Positions 19,032 through 29,048 of a stretch of DNA of 64,000 nt are shown in pieces. The DNA comes from Spirochaetia bacterium (lineage in GTDB: Bacteria > Spirochaetota > Spirochaetia > CADAEX01). Below the pieces are notes generated by a model. The model ran no database searches, was not told the DNA's origin, and saw nothing but the letters and a program-made list of their open reading frames with translations. The stretch lies in assembly GCA_963662795.1 (NCBI GenBank), contig OY759746.1, forward strand, positions 64,001 through 128,000, written 5' to 3'. Within the stretch, counting starts at the first letter, position 1. Each line of letters starts with the position of its first letter. The position numbers were made by a program, and so were the translations under genes.

Positions 19032-21364
19032 TGCTGTTTAAAATGGTGATGAAGGATTTAAAAAGAAAGAAAATCATAACCTCGGCCCTGTTTATCTTTA
19101 TCGCGCTTCCGGCTTTTCTTATCGCAGGCGGATCAGGAATGATAATTGCCCTCTCGGGATCAATCAATTACTTTCTATCCAGAGCTGATGTTCCCCACTT
19201 TGTACAGATGCACTCTGGCTCCATTGACCGGAAAGCAATAGATATGTGGACATCCCGGAACAGCAATATCAGCAGGCAGCAGACTGTCGAAATGGTTACA
19301 ATTGACGGATCGGATGTTTACCTCGCAGGAAATAGTGAATCTGAGGCGGAAAGTGTAATGGATCTCGGGTTTGTAAAGCAGAACAGCGCATTCGATTTAC
19401 TGCTTGATCTTGAGAACAAACCTGTCACGGTTTCCAGAGGAAATATTGCTGTCCCGATTTACCACAAGCTGAAAAAGAATATGAAAACCGGAGATATTGT
19501 AAGGATTGCGCATAAGTCCTTTATCAGGGAATTTAAAGTCTCCGGCTTTATCAGGGATGCCCAGATGAATCCCTCTATTATCCATTCCAAACGCTTTGTT
19601 GTTCATGAGGATGACTTTGAAGATCTTAAAAACAGCATCGGAGAGGTGGAATACCTGATTGAGTTTCAGCTTAACGATATCAGCAGGCTAAGTGATTTCA
19701 GCAGCGCATATGAGGCATCCGGCCTGCCGGGTTCCGGGCCGTCAATCAATTATAACCTGTTCAGAATTATCAATGTCCTGACTGACAGTATTGCGGCTGT
19801 TATTGTAATATTTGTAAGTCTGCTTTTTTCTTTAATAGCGGTTCTCTGTTTAAGGTTTACCATTATAGCTTCCATAGAGGAAGATTACAGGGAAATCGGA
19901 GTAATGAAGGCAATCGGCATACAGCAGAAGGACATAAGGAATATTTACCTTGTTAAATACGCCCTTATCGGTTTACCCGGGGCTGCGGCAGGCTATCTGC
20001 TATACCTTCTTTCTGGAAATATCTTCACCGGTAATATCATGCTGTATCTAGGCAGCGCTCCTTCAGCAGTACAGGATTTTATAATACCCCTTTCAGCTTC
20101 TGCATTGATTTTTGCAGTTATAATGCTGTCCTGTATGGTTACTTTTAGAAGGTTTCATAAAATTTCAGCAGTAGAAGCGCTCAGGGCAGCCAATACCGGG
20201 GATTCATATAAAAACAGGAATTTTCTTTCTCTGGGCAGGAGCATATTTTGCAATACAAATATTTTCCTGGGTATCAGGGATGTTCTCAGCCGCTTTAGAC
20301 TTTACTGGCTGCTGTGTTTTGTTTTTTTTGTCTGTACTTTTGTAATCATTGTGCCTGTAAATTTCCTGAGTACCATAAAGTCACCGGCATTTGTAACCTA
20401 TCTTGGAATCGGACAAAGTGATATCCGAATTGATTTACGGCAGTCTGAAAATATGGCAGACCGGTTTGCTGAAATGCTTGACTATATTGAAAAAGACAAT
20501 GATATCGAAGAAGCGGCCCCGATGATTACAAGCCGGTTTATGGTAGAGGACAGCAGCGGAATTCCTCAAAGCATAAATGTCGAAACAGGGGATTTCACAA
20601 TTTTTCCCCTCAATTATATATCCGGGTCAGCCCCGGTAAAGCAGGGAGAAATATCCCTTTCGTTTCTAAGCGCGAAAGAAATGAATAAAAAGAGCGGAGA
20701 TACTCTTATTATGTTTTCAGGAGATCAAAAAATGATTATGACGGTAAGCGGAATTTACCAGGATGTAACAAGCGGAGGGCACACAGCAAAAGCCGCTCTT
20801 GCCCCCAATCGGGATACCGTACTCTGGTATGTAGTAAATCTGAATGTCAGATCTGAAATAGATGGAAAAGTAAAAGAATACTCTAAAACATTCTATCCTG
20901 CAAGAGTTACAAATTCAAAACTATATCTGGACCAGACGATGGGAGAAACAATCAGAAGACTTGAGTTTATTACATTTCTGTCCATTATGACGGCTCTTAT
21001 TGTATCAGTCCTGATTACATCATTATTTTTAAAAATGATTATCGCAAAGGATGCATCGCAGATAGCAATAATGAAGAGTCTCGGATTTTCCATTAAGGAT
21101 TTAAGAATCCAGTATACAGTCAGGGCGCTTGCTGTGCTTGGAGGAGGAATTATATCAGGAACTATTGCGGCAAACACAATCGGACAAAGTCTTGTAAGTG
21201 CGATATGGTCGTTTATGGGAGCATCCCGAATAACTTTCATAATAAACCCGGTTCATGCCTACTTTCTTTTTCCTCTCATTTTAATGATTACTGTTTCAGT
21301 TACAACGTTAATAAGCATATTAGAAATAAAATATTTTAACATAGCTGATATGAATGCGGAATAA
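19031..21364 (+). CDS. FtsX-like ABC exporter permease (two FtsX domains)
   Basis: REIGVMKAIG and QIAIMKSLG repeats with large extracytoplasmic domains. Confidence 0.88.
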   Translation: MLFKMVMKDLKRKKIITSALFIFIALPAFLIAGGSGMIIALSGSINYFLSRADVPHFVQMHSGSIDRKAIDMWTSRNSNISRQQTVEMVTIDGSDVYLAGNSESEAESVMDLGFVKQNSAFDLLLDLENKPVTVSRGNIAVPIYHKLKKNMKTGDIVRIAHKSFIREFKVSGFIRDAQMNPSIIHSKRFVVHEDDFEDLKNSIGEVEYLIEFQLNDISRLSDFSSAYEASGLPGSGPSINYNLFRIINVLTDSIAAVIVIFVSLLFSLIAVLCLRFTIIASIEEDYREIGVMKAIGIQQKDIRNIYLVKYALIGLPGAAAGYLLYLLSGNIFTGNIMLYLGSAPSAVQDFIIPLSASALIFAVIMLSCMVTFRRFHKISAVEALRAANTGDSYKNRNFLSLGRSIFCNTNIFLGIRDVLSRFRLYWLLCFVFFVCTFVIIVPVNFLSTIKSPAFVTYLGIGQSDIRIDLRQSENMADRFAEMLDYIEKDNDIEEAAPMITSRFMVEDSSGIPQSINVETGDFTIFPLNYISGSAPVKQGEISLSFLSAKEMNKKSGDTLIMFSGDQKMIMTVSGIYQDVTSGGHTAKAALAPNRDTVLWYVVNLNVRSEIDGKVKEYSKTFYPARVTNSKLYLDQTMGETIRRLEFITFLSIMTALIVSVLITSLFLKMIIAKDASQIAIMKSLGFSIKDLRIQYTVRALAVLGGGIISGTIAANTIGQSLVSAIWSFMGASRITFIINPVHAYFLFPLILMITVSVTTLISILEIKYFNIADMNAE

Positions 21365-21375
21365 AGGAGATATAT

Positions 21376-22140
21376 GTGAATAATATACTGGAAGTTAAGA
21401 AAATAAATAAAATATTCAATGGAAATAAAAATAAAAGCCATGTTCTTAAAGATGTTAGTCTTAATATTGAAAAAGGTGAATTTATATCAGTGATGGGACC
21501 TTCCGGGTCCGGAAAATCTACACTGCTCTATAATATCAGCGGTATGGACAGAATGTCCGGCGGAAGCGTTATATTCAATAACTTAAAAATTGAAACCTTA
21601 TCTGAAGATGAGCTTTCAAACCTGCGTCTCAATAAAATGGGCTTTATATTTCAGCAGATTCATCTCCTGAAGAATCTCACGATCAGGGACAATATCATTG
21701 CATCGGCATTTCTTTCCGGTAAGAAGGGGAGAAAAGAGATTATCAGAAAAGCATCTGAGCTGATGGAAAAGACAGGTATCGCGCAGCTGGCAGATAATGA
21801 TATCACCATGGCATCAGGCGGACAGCTTCAGCGAGCAGCAATATGCAGAGCCCTGATCAATGACCCTGAAATAATCTATGGTGACGAGCCGACAGGTGCT
21901 CTTGATTCCGGATCCTCAAATGAAATCATGTCTATCCTGGCCGATATCAACAGCTCGGGTACAACAATTCTTTTGGTAACCCATGATGTAAAAGTCGCCG
22001 CGAAAACTGAACGCATTATTTTCATGACAGACGGTAAAATAGCAGGAGAATGCCGGCCGGGTAAATGCGGCAGCAATGAGGATGAATGCAAATCAAGGGA
22101 AGAGGACCTTACCAGATGGCTGATTGAAACAGGGAAATAA
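21376..22140 (+). CDS. ABC exporter ATP-binding protein (LolD/MacB-like)
   Basis: GPSGSGKST, GFIFQ, SGGQLQR, DEPTGALD, VTHD. Confidence 0.92.
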   Translation: MNNILEVKKINKIFNGNKNKSHVLKDVSLNIEKGEFISVMGPSGSGKSTLLYNISGMDRMSGGSVIFNNLKIETLSEDELSNLRLNKMGFIFQQIHLLKNLTIRDNIIASAFLSGKKGRKEIIRKASELMEKTGIAQLADNDITMASGGQLQRAAICRALINDPEIIYGDEPTGALDSGSSNEIMSILADINSSGTTILLVTHDVKVAAKTERIIFMTDGKIAGECRPGKCGSNEDECKSREEDLTRWLIETGK

Positions 22141-22153
22141 CCATTGATATTTT

Positions 22154-22186
22154 AACGGCAGATAACTAATTAAATCTGCCGTTTTA
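22154..22186. terminator. Likely bidirectional terminator between convergent genes
   Basis: AACGGCAGAT-N10-ATCTGCCGTT followed by TT. Confidence 0.65.
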
Positions 22187-22210
22187 TAATATAATCCATA
22201 TGACAGGGTA

Positions 22211-23548
22211 TTAATATTTCTTTATTTTAGAAACAGATTCAAGAAAAGACAGATACTTCTCCCTTGTCATAACAGGTTTGAAATTACTGATAATAGTTTT
22301 TGCTTTTGCGGCATTGTTAAAAAGTAGATCAGCAACTGTCATGGCCATGGCCTTTGCCGGCAGAATATACGCTGTTTCAGGATCAGCCAGCCTAAAATTT
22401 CTTGTATGAAGCCCACCTGTAATTCCCCCGATCATAGGATGAAGAGCAGGCATAATATGAGAGATATCGCCGAAATCAAAAGACCCGGTAAAATCACCCC
22501 CTTCGATTATCGAATCCTGCCCTGATAGTTCCATTACATTTTTTCTGAAGATATCATCAAGTCCGGCATTGTTTAGCAGCGGCAGGTATCCCGGAATATC
22601 TTTTATGGAAACTTCAGCGCCTACAGCCATCGCGCCGGAGGCAAGAGCCCTGTCCACTTTTTTGTTCGCGTCAAGAAGTCCCTCAATTGTCCTTCCCCTC
22701 ACATAGGTCTCCATTTTCACATCAGATGGAACCACATTTACAATATCACCGCCCTTAGTAATTATCGGATGCACCCTTATCCTGTCTTTTTCAGCAAATG
22801 TCTCACGCTGTGCATGAATACCGCTAATAGCCAGCATTGCCGCATTAAGCGCATTAATCCCCTGTTCGGGCGCAGACCCCGCATGAGACTCCTTTCCGAT
22901 GAAATTTATTTCCTTGCCGATAAAACCGTTGCCTGCAGGCCCGATTAATACTTTTTTAACAGGCTCACCGTTACTTAGTGAAGATAAGTCGAGTGAATGT
23001 ATCATGATTGATATATCAATATTATCAAAATAGCCTTTTTTTATGAGTTCCTGCTTTCCTCCGAACCAGGTGATTTCCCCTTTATCCTTAAGAGATGACC
23101 TGAAGGCAAGTTCTATAAATTCCTCAGCCGGTACTGCCATAAAATTTACTGATCCGCAAAGTTCAGATACCGCGCCTGAGCTGATGATGCCAATTGCGGC
23201 GCCGATCATGGATGCGATCTGAATATTGTGTCCGCACGCGTGAACTGCTCCGGTTTCCCGGTCCGCATCTTTATGCTCAGGACATGAGACTGCATCAAGT
23301 TCTCCCATAACTGCGATTACAGGCCCGTTTTGGCTGAAATCAAGTCTCCCCTGACAGCCTGATACAGCAATGTCCTTCTCAGGGTTTAGCCCCAGTTCAG
23401 AAAATTCCCTGAACACAAGTTCAGTTGTCCTGCGCTCCTTATATCCAAGCTCGGGATTTTTATATATCTTATCGCCTATTGAAATAATTTTTTTTCTTTT
23501 TTTATCAATTTCACTGCATATTGATTTTTTAATTTCTGAAATATTCAT
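22211..23548 (-). CDS. M20 family amidohydrolase (ACY1L2/AbgB-like)
   Basis: NPELGYKE, GELDA, HACGHN, PAEE, GKESHAG, NALNAA, GSFDFGD, LHT. Confidence 0.9.
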   Translation of the reverse strand: MNISEIKKSICSEIDKKRKKIISIGDKIYKNPELGYKERRTTELVFREFSELGLNPEKDIAVSGCQGRLDFSQNGPVIAVMGELDAVSCPEHKDADRETGAVHACGHNIQIASMIGAAIGIISSGAVSELCGSVNFMAVPAEEFIELAFRSSLKDKGEITWFGGKQELIKKGYFDNIDISIMIHSLDLSSLSNGEPVKKVLIGPAGNGFIGKEINFIGKESHAGSAPEQGINALNAAMLAISGIHAQRETFAEKDRIRVHPIITKGGDIVNVVPSDVKMETYVRGRTIEGLLDANKKVDRALASGAMAVGAEVSIKDIPGYLPLLNNAGLDDIFRKNVMELSGQDSIIEGGDFTGSFDFGDISHIMPALHPMIGGITGGLHTRNFRLADPETAYILPAKAMAMTVADLLFNNAAKAKTIISNFKPVMTREKYLSFLESVSKIKKY

Positions 23549-23565
23549 GCTTTTACCATTCCATC

Positions 23566-23591
23566 AAAAAAGGCCCTTTGGAAAGGACCTT
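23566..23591 (-). terminator. Intra-operon terminator-like hairpin before the amidohydrolase
   Basis: Minus strand AAGGTCCTTT-CC-AAAGGGCCTT-TTTT. Confidence 0.5.
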
Positions 23592-23600
23592 ATATTTTTA

Positions 23601-24062
23601 TCAGATTATACCCTGAATCTTTAGAACAATCTGCGCGATAATCGCGGATCCGAAATATGTGCTTGCAAAAACTATCAGAGATATGACGAGAATTTTCCAG
23701 CTCATTTTTTTAAGCTGGGGAATCTTGTTTCCGACAGAAATACCCGCAAGAGCAAGGATCGGAGTTGTTGTACCAAGAAAATTGACCTGATTTGTATATT
23801 CCAGGAAAAATTTCGCAGTCGGCATAAACGGCATGCTTAAAATCAGGCCGATCATTGTCGCCCATGCAAAAGCCGGAAATTTCAGGTTTGGAAGAAGATC
23901 CTTTATCATAAGTGATACCAGGCATACAATTACTACAAGAATCATACCTGGAACAGCTTTAAGCACAGGAACATTAAACCCGATTTTCTGTCCAATCAAA
24001 ATCAAAATTGCGACTACCAGCAGCATTTTTAGCTGATAAAGGGTGTTTTCAAATTTTAACAT
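23601..24062 (-). CDS. Membrane protein partner of DUF3100 transporter
   Basis: About 5 TM; TPILALAGIS.G motif typical of DUF3100-adjacent proteins. Confidence 0.75.
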   Translation of the reverse strand: MLKFENTLYQLKMLLVVAILILIGQKIGFNVPVLKAVPGMILVVIVCLVSLMIKDLLPNLKFPAFAWATMIGLILSMPFMPTAKFFLEYTNQVNFLGTTTPILALAGISVGNKIPQLKKMSWKILVISLIVFASTYFGSAIIAQIVLKIQGII

Positions 24063-24916
24063 TATTTGCCCCCCTTGTTTTTTGAGAGTATCGGGTACAT
24101 TTTTTTATAGTACAGATTTGTAAGAGGAAGAGCGATGAAAATTACAGAGTACATTCCTGTAACACCTGTAAGCATATTGCTTGTGGCCGCATAGGCAAGA
24201 ATTGTATCATGCATTGCCGCCGGGGCCGCTGTAGCAAGAGAGCTCGCAGCTGCTGTCATCATGCTTCCGCTTCCCATTCCTGATGCCATTGCAAGCGCGT
24301 AAGGATGAAGTCCTGTCAAAAGCGCAAATGAACCCAGCAATCCGAAAAAAATAGTTCCGAACACGGTACCTATCATGTATGTACCAAGAACTCCTGTCCC
24401 TTCAGGGGAGTTCATTCCATACTGCCCGCCTATAACACCGAGGGTCGGTTCCCTGCAGATGCTGACTGTGGCGCCGACCGCTTCCCTTTCAAGGCCAAGC
24501 ATTATCGCAAGCGGCAGAGCAATCAAAGGGGTACACAAATTACCAAGCTCCTGAAGGAGAAACGCGGGTCCTGCCTGTACTATCTTCACAATATTCGGGC
24601 CTACAAGCGTTCCGTATTTAACACCGAGAGGCAGAAGAGCGATCAGGACAAGAGGCCCCGCAATCTCGATTTCCTCACTGTCAATTACTTTTCTCAGGAA
24701 TTTCAACGGTTTTCCGAGAACATTCGGGGTTATCAGTATCCCGATAATTACAGCATAGAGCATGGGAAGAAGAACAATGCTTCCAGGCCCTGCATTAAAT
24801 TTGTGAATTCCCATCAATTCGGAAACAATAACAATGGCCAGAACAGCGATAAACAATTTGGCGTACATCCCAAATCTGTCTTTCCAGCTCATACTGCCAT
24901 GCTCAGTATTACTCAT
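24062..24916 (-). CDS. DUF3100 family membrane protein (putative transporter)
   Basis: LLPMLYA, GPAFLLQELGN, REAVGAT.SI.REP, ALAMASGMGSGSMM; start MSNTEH after GGAGG. Confidence 0.88.
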   Translation of the reverse strand: MSNTEHGSMSWKDRFGMYAKLFIAVLAIVIVSELMGIHKFNAGPGSIVLLPMLYAVIIGILITPNVLGKPLKFLRKVIDSEEIEIAGPLVLIALLPLGVKYGTLVGPNIVKIVQAGPAFLLQELGNLCTPLIALPLAIMLGLEREAVGATVSICREPTLGVIGGQYGMNSPEGTGVLGTYMIGTVFGTIFFGLLGSFALLTGLHPYALAMASGMGSGSMMTAAASSLATAAPAAMHDTILAYAATSNMLTGVTGMYSVIFIALPLTNLYYKKMYPILSKNKGGK

Positions 24917-25053
24917 ACTTTGCACCTCCAAAAAATATTTCACCGCAATTATGAAAATACGGTTTACCTGCCCTCACACAGCTTCTGATTCTGCGTGATT
25001 ACAGAGTAAAATTGTATTATAATTTCATGATATTGTAAAATAAATTTATCTGA

Positions 25054-26622
25054 TCAGAATGAAGAGAGAAATATTTTAATCACTTTCCATGTTCCTGCAA
25101 GCTTTTTTAATATTTTTTTAGAATAAAGAGCATATAACGCTCCCTGCAGCGCCTCAAAAACCCGCCTGTCATAGGGATAGTGCCAGATGTTTTTGCGCAT
25201 GAATGACAGTAAATCGTAAATAACAACCTGCGGCTGAGTCATCTCAAGTAATCCAGGTTCCCCGTGCGTTCTTCCAATACCTGAATTCTTAAATCCTCCC
25301 CACGGCGTCTCTGCCATTCCGTGGCTCATCAAATGGTCGTTTATTGTTACAGCACCGGATTGCAGTTTTTCAGCTATTTTCAACGCTTTTTTGCTGCTGC
25401 CGGTCCATACAGAGGCAGTAAGGCCAAGCTGTGAATCGTTGGCTTTTTCAACTGCCTCATCGGCCGACTTCACCCTGTTTACGAAAAGTACCGGTCCGAA
25501 TATCTCTTCCCTCAATCCAGAAGCGTTATCCGGGGAATTTTCAAAAATAACGAGCCTGTGGAACAGACCATCTTCTGAGCCGGGCATAAGCTGCCCCAGC
25601 ACAGATGCACTTGCCCCTTTCCTCACGGCATCATCCACTATGGTTTTTATCTTCTCCAGTTGTTTTACTGTTGTAAGAGATCCGATATCAACTGAAAAAT
25701 CTTTATCCTTCCCTATTCTTAATTTATCGGCTTCAACCTTAAGAAGTCGGGTAAATGTGTCATAAACTTCATCCTCAACGAAAATCCTTTCAACCCCGCC
25801 GCACGACTGCCCGGCGTTGGAGAAACCTGCCCACAGAGCTGTATTGACAGCACGCTTAATGTTTGCATCGCTGCATACAATCATAGCGTCATTGCCGCCG
25901 AGCTCAAGTGAAACCGGAAGGATCCTGTCCGTTCTCTGTGAAGCGAGCTGCAGAAGTTTTTTCCCCGCTGTCACAGAACCTGTGAAAAAAAGCTTATCAA
26001 TACCGCTGCTTATGAAAACCTTTCCGGCTTCCTCCCCGGGAAGATTTATTAAACTGACAAGGCCTGAGGGCAGCCCTGATGAAGATATAAGTTTTTCAAT
26101 TTCCTTTCCTGTCTCGAGGCACTGTGAGGCGACCTTAAGGATAACACCGTTACCTGCAACTATTGCCATAAATATTTCATGAACAGGAATTGAAAAAGGG
26201 TAATTCCAGGGAGATATAATACCTGCAACACCAATAGGAACCCGTCTTAAATATGATATTTTATTTGCAAGGAGAATGCTGCCTCCTTTTATTCTTTTTT
26301 CCCTTAAAATTCTTTTCCCATTTTTTGCATAATAATCTGCGGCAAGAGCCGCAGGAAGGACTTCAGCGGCAAGCGCGTCTACCCTTGTTTTTCCTGTCGA
26401 TCCGGAAATTACCGTAGATATTTGCTGTGAATTTTCAACTATATAATCCCTCATTCTGACAAGCGCTTTTTCCCGTTCTGAAAATGGAAATGAGCTCCAT
26501 ATTTTCTGGGCGTTAAAAGCGGCGGAATAAGCGGCGCTGACATCAGAGGATGAATTAAGAAGTGTTTTCCCTGTTTCCCTGCCGGTTGCCGGGTCGTAAT
26601 TTACGGTATAATTCTCACTCAT
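25054..26622 (-). CDS. Aldehyde dehydrogenase
   Basis: ISPWNYP, FTGSV, LELGGND, NAGQSC, EEIFGP, PWGGFKNSG; start MSENYT at 26622. Confidence 0.92.
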   Translation of the reverse strand: MSENYTVNYDPATGRETGKTLLNSSSDVSAAYSAAFNAQKIWSSFPFSEREKALVRMRDYIVENSQQISTVISGSTGKTRVDALAAEVLPAALAADYYAKNGKRILREKRIKGGSILLANKISYLRRVPIGVAGIISPWNYPFSIPVHEIFMAIVAGNGVILKVASQCLETGKEIEKLISSSGLPSGLVSLINLPGEEAGKVFISSGIDKLFFTGSVTAGKKLLQLASQRTDRILPVSLELGGNDAMIVCSDANIKRAVNTALWAGFSNAGQSCGGVERIFVEDEVYDTFTRLLKVEADKLRIGKDKDFSVDIGSLTTVKQLEKIKTIVDDAVRKGASASVLGQLMPGSEDGLFHRLVIFENSPDNASGLREEIFGPVLFVNRVKSADEAVEKANDSQLGLTASVWTGSSKKALKIAEKLQSGAVTINDHLMSHGMAETPWGGFKNSGIGRTHGEPGLLEMTQPQVVIYDLLSFMRKNIWHYPYDRRVFEALQGALYALYSKKILKKLAGTWKVIKIFLSSF

Positions 26623-26623
26623 T

Positions 26624-27446
26624 TTAGTTTCTCCCTTTCCATTCATCCATACTGCCGCTTATTCCAAGTATGGGTATAAGCATCTGGAACAGCCTGTCGG
26701 GAAGTATTCCCCTCAGCTTTACCATCAAATTTACAGTGCACGGCCTCTTGGGAGAATAAGAACCTTTTTTTATCGCTTTTTCCACAATTGCCTTCGCTAT
26801 GACATCATGATTTTTCACAAGCGGCGCTATAAGCGCTCCTATTCCCTTAAGGCGTGCGCCTTTAAACATTCCCGAGGCTATGTATCCCGGATGTATTGAA
26901 CTCCATCTGACACCATTTTTTTCTTTTTCGGGATTCAAGACGCATCGATTCAGTAAATCCCCAGACTGCCCATTTTATCGCGGCATAAACCGAAAGGTCC
27001 GGAACACCGATCAGACCGGATGCAGAGCTGATATTGATTATTATCCCTGAATTTTCCTTATACATTTCAGGAAGAAATGCATGTGTACAGTATAAAAGGC
27101 CGTTGAGGTTCACCTGTACTGTTTTGTCCCAGACAGATATATCCTCATCAGTAAAAGCGCCCCCTTTTACATAACCGGCGTTATTGATAAGTATGTCAAT
27201 TTTTCCGATTTCTTCCCTGACAACTGCCGCTGTTTTTTGAACTTCCCCGTTCTTTGATATGTCGCAGATAAAAGTACTTACATTTCCGCCGTTTTTAATA
27301 AGCTCAGATTTGGCATCATCAAGGGTTTTTTCGTCAAGGTCCCAGAGAACTACTTCACATCCTTCCCTTACCAGCCTGAGCGCTGTGGCAAATCCTATCC
27401 CCTTTGCTCCGCCTGTTATTAAAACCCTTTTGTTTTTTAAAATCAT
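26624..27446 (-). pseudogene. Short-chain dehydrogenase/reductase split by one extra base near 26915-26932
   Basis: TGGAKGIG, NNAG, YAAIK in ORF 26862-27446; continuation GVRWSSIHPGYIASGMF in ORF 26624-26938. Confidence 0.8.
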
Positions 27447-27583
27447 ACTAACCCCGATTTTGTGACTATAATTAATTTATATGAGCAATGCTTTAATCTG
27501 TCCAGTTATTTATCAGTCTGTTTAAGACAGGTATGCGGTAAGGGGTTCATGAGGCAGGCAGTAATATCTTAAATTTTAAAAAT

Positions 27584-27620
27584 AAGGCGGCATGTTTAAC
27601 AACTGACAATACCGCCTTTT
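27584..27620 (-). terminator. Possible terminator after cyclase gene
   Basis: AAGGCGG...CCGCCTT inverted repeat. Confidence 0.35.
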
Positions 27621-27626
27621 GATTCT

Positions 27627-28997
27627 TTAACCGCTCTTTTGTTTCTTTTTTGAAATAACTTTATAGGTTTTCACCGGGAGTGCTTTTCCTTTGAGTACAA
27701 GGTTATCCTTATATTCAACATTGAACAGTTCCCTTATTCCCGGGGAACTGTATACTGCTTCCGATATTACTACTTCACCGGCAAGTGCCGCTGCCTGGAG
27801 CCGTGCCGCGGTATTAACAGTATCTCCAATTACCGTATAATCCTTATGATCTTCAGAACCTACATCACCCGCTACTACTTCTCCGGTATGCACGGATATT
27901 CCGATTCCAAGATCATTTATTTCATTTTTTATCTTTTCCATTTTTTTCTGAATTTCCAGGGCAGCGGCAATTGCCATAACCGGATTTCTGAACAGGGCCA
28001 TAATTTCATCGCCGACATATTTATCTATATCGCCGCCGTATTTTTTTATGGATTCAGACTGAACTGAAAGTATTATATTAAGGCTGTGTATAACTACATC
28101 GGGTTCCCTGGATTCCGAAAAAGTTGTAAAGCCCCTGATACCAGAAAAACAGCGTTACTGTTTTTCTGGTATTAAGGTGTTCTGTTCCGCTTAAAATTGA
28201 TGACTTAACTGCATTAATTGTCCCTTTTGAAACATACTTATAAAGACTGAATTTCTCCTTTAGGCCCCTGACCATTTCGTTAAAACTTTCAGCAAGCATC
28301 CCGAATTCATCAGTTGAATATTTAACAGGCTTAACTTCGAGATCTCCTGACGAAACCTTCTGCATTGCGTTATTGACCCTGAGCACGGGGAGGACTGCTG
28401 TTTTTGTTATTATCGCAAGCAGTATGACAGATAAAATTATTGCGCTTATCTCGATAAAGGCATACTGGGATTCAAGGAGTGCTATGCTTTTGGCAAAATC
28501 AAGTTTTATTTCAAGGACCATCGGTTTATTGTCATGCAGTGTCAGGAATGTTACAACATCAATATACTTTTCTATTTCGCCGGATTCATTACCTGTTGAT
28601 TCTATAACCGTTTCTGTTGTCTTAAGCCTGAAATTTTCAGTTATATCCTCATGAATTGAATAATCACTGCCTATTTCTGTTTCAGGATACCCTGCTTCAA
28701 CAATATATTTTTCATTTATAAGCAATATTTTTTTATTTCAAATCCCCGGCTCTCTTCCGCCACACGCATGGCAATAGCAAAATCACTTAAAACCTCTTCT
28801 GAAAACTCTTTGGGAACAGCAATAGCGGATTCGTATATAATTCTCTGCTTCAGAAACATTGTGATATTTCCGGCCTGCTTTTTGAGCATCTTTGAAGAAA
28901 GACTGTCAAGGACAAATGTCAGGCCGCCGGCTACCAGAAATCCGCAGATAATAAAAGCTGCCGCGAAGACTACTGTTATTTTCATTCTTATTTTCAT
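27627..28997 (-). pseudogene. Membrane HAMP-domain class III adenylate cyclase, broken by two frameshifts (~28730, ~28140)
   Basis: TM-periplasmic-TM-HAMP (DEFGMLAESFNEMV)-cyclase. Corrected frame reads IRGFTTFSE...GGDIDKYVGDEIMALF...GDVGSEDHKDYTVIGDTVNTAARL. Confidence 0.8.
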
Positions 28998-29048
28998 ACA
29001 TTCTTTCCCCTGTACTTCAAAATGTTTTTTTAATGTAAAATTATCCTG

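Noticed and set aside
28725-28740. A AAA AAA slippery heptamer as a programmed -1 frameshift in the HAMP cyclase
   Set aside because: A second unrelated indel breaks the same gene and others lie nearby; homopolymer error or decay is simpler.
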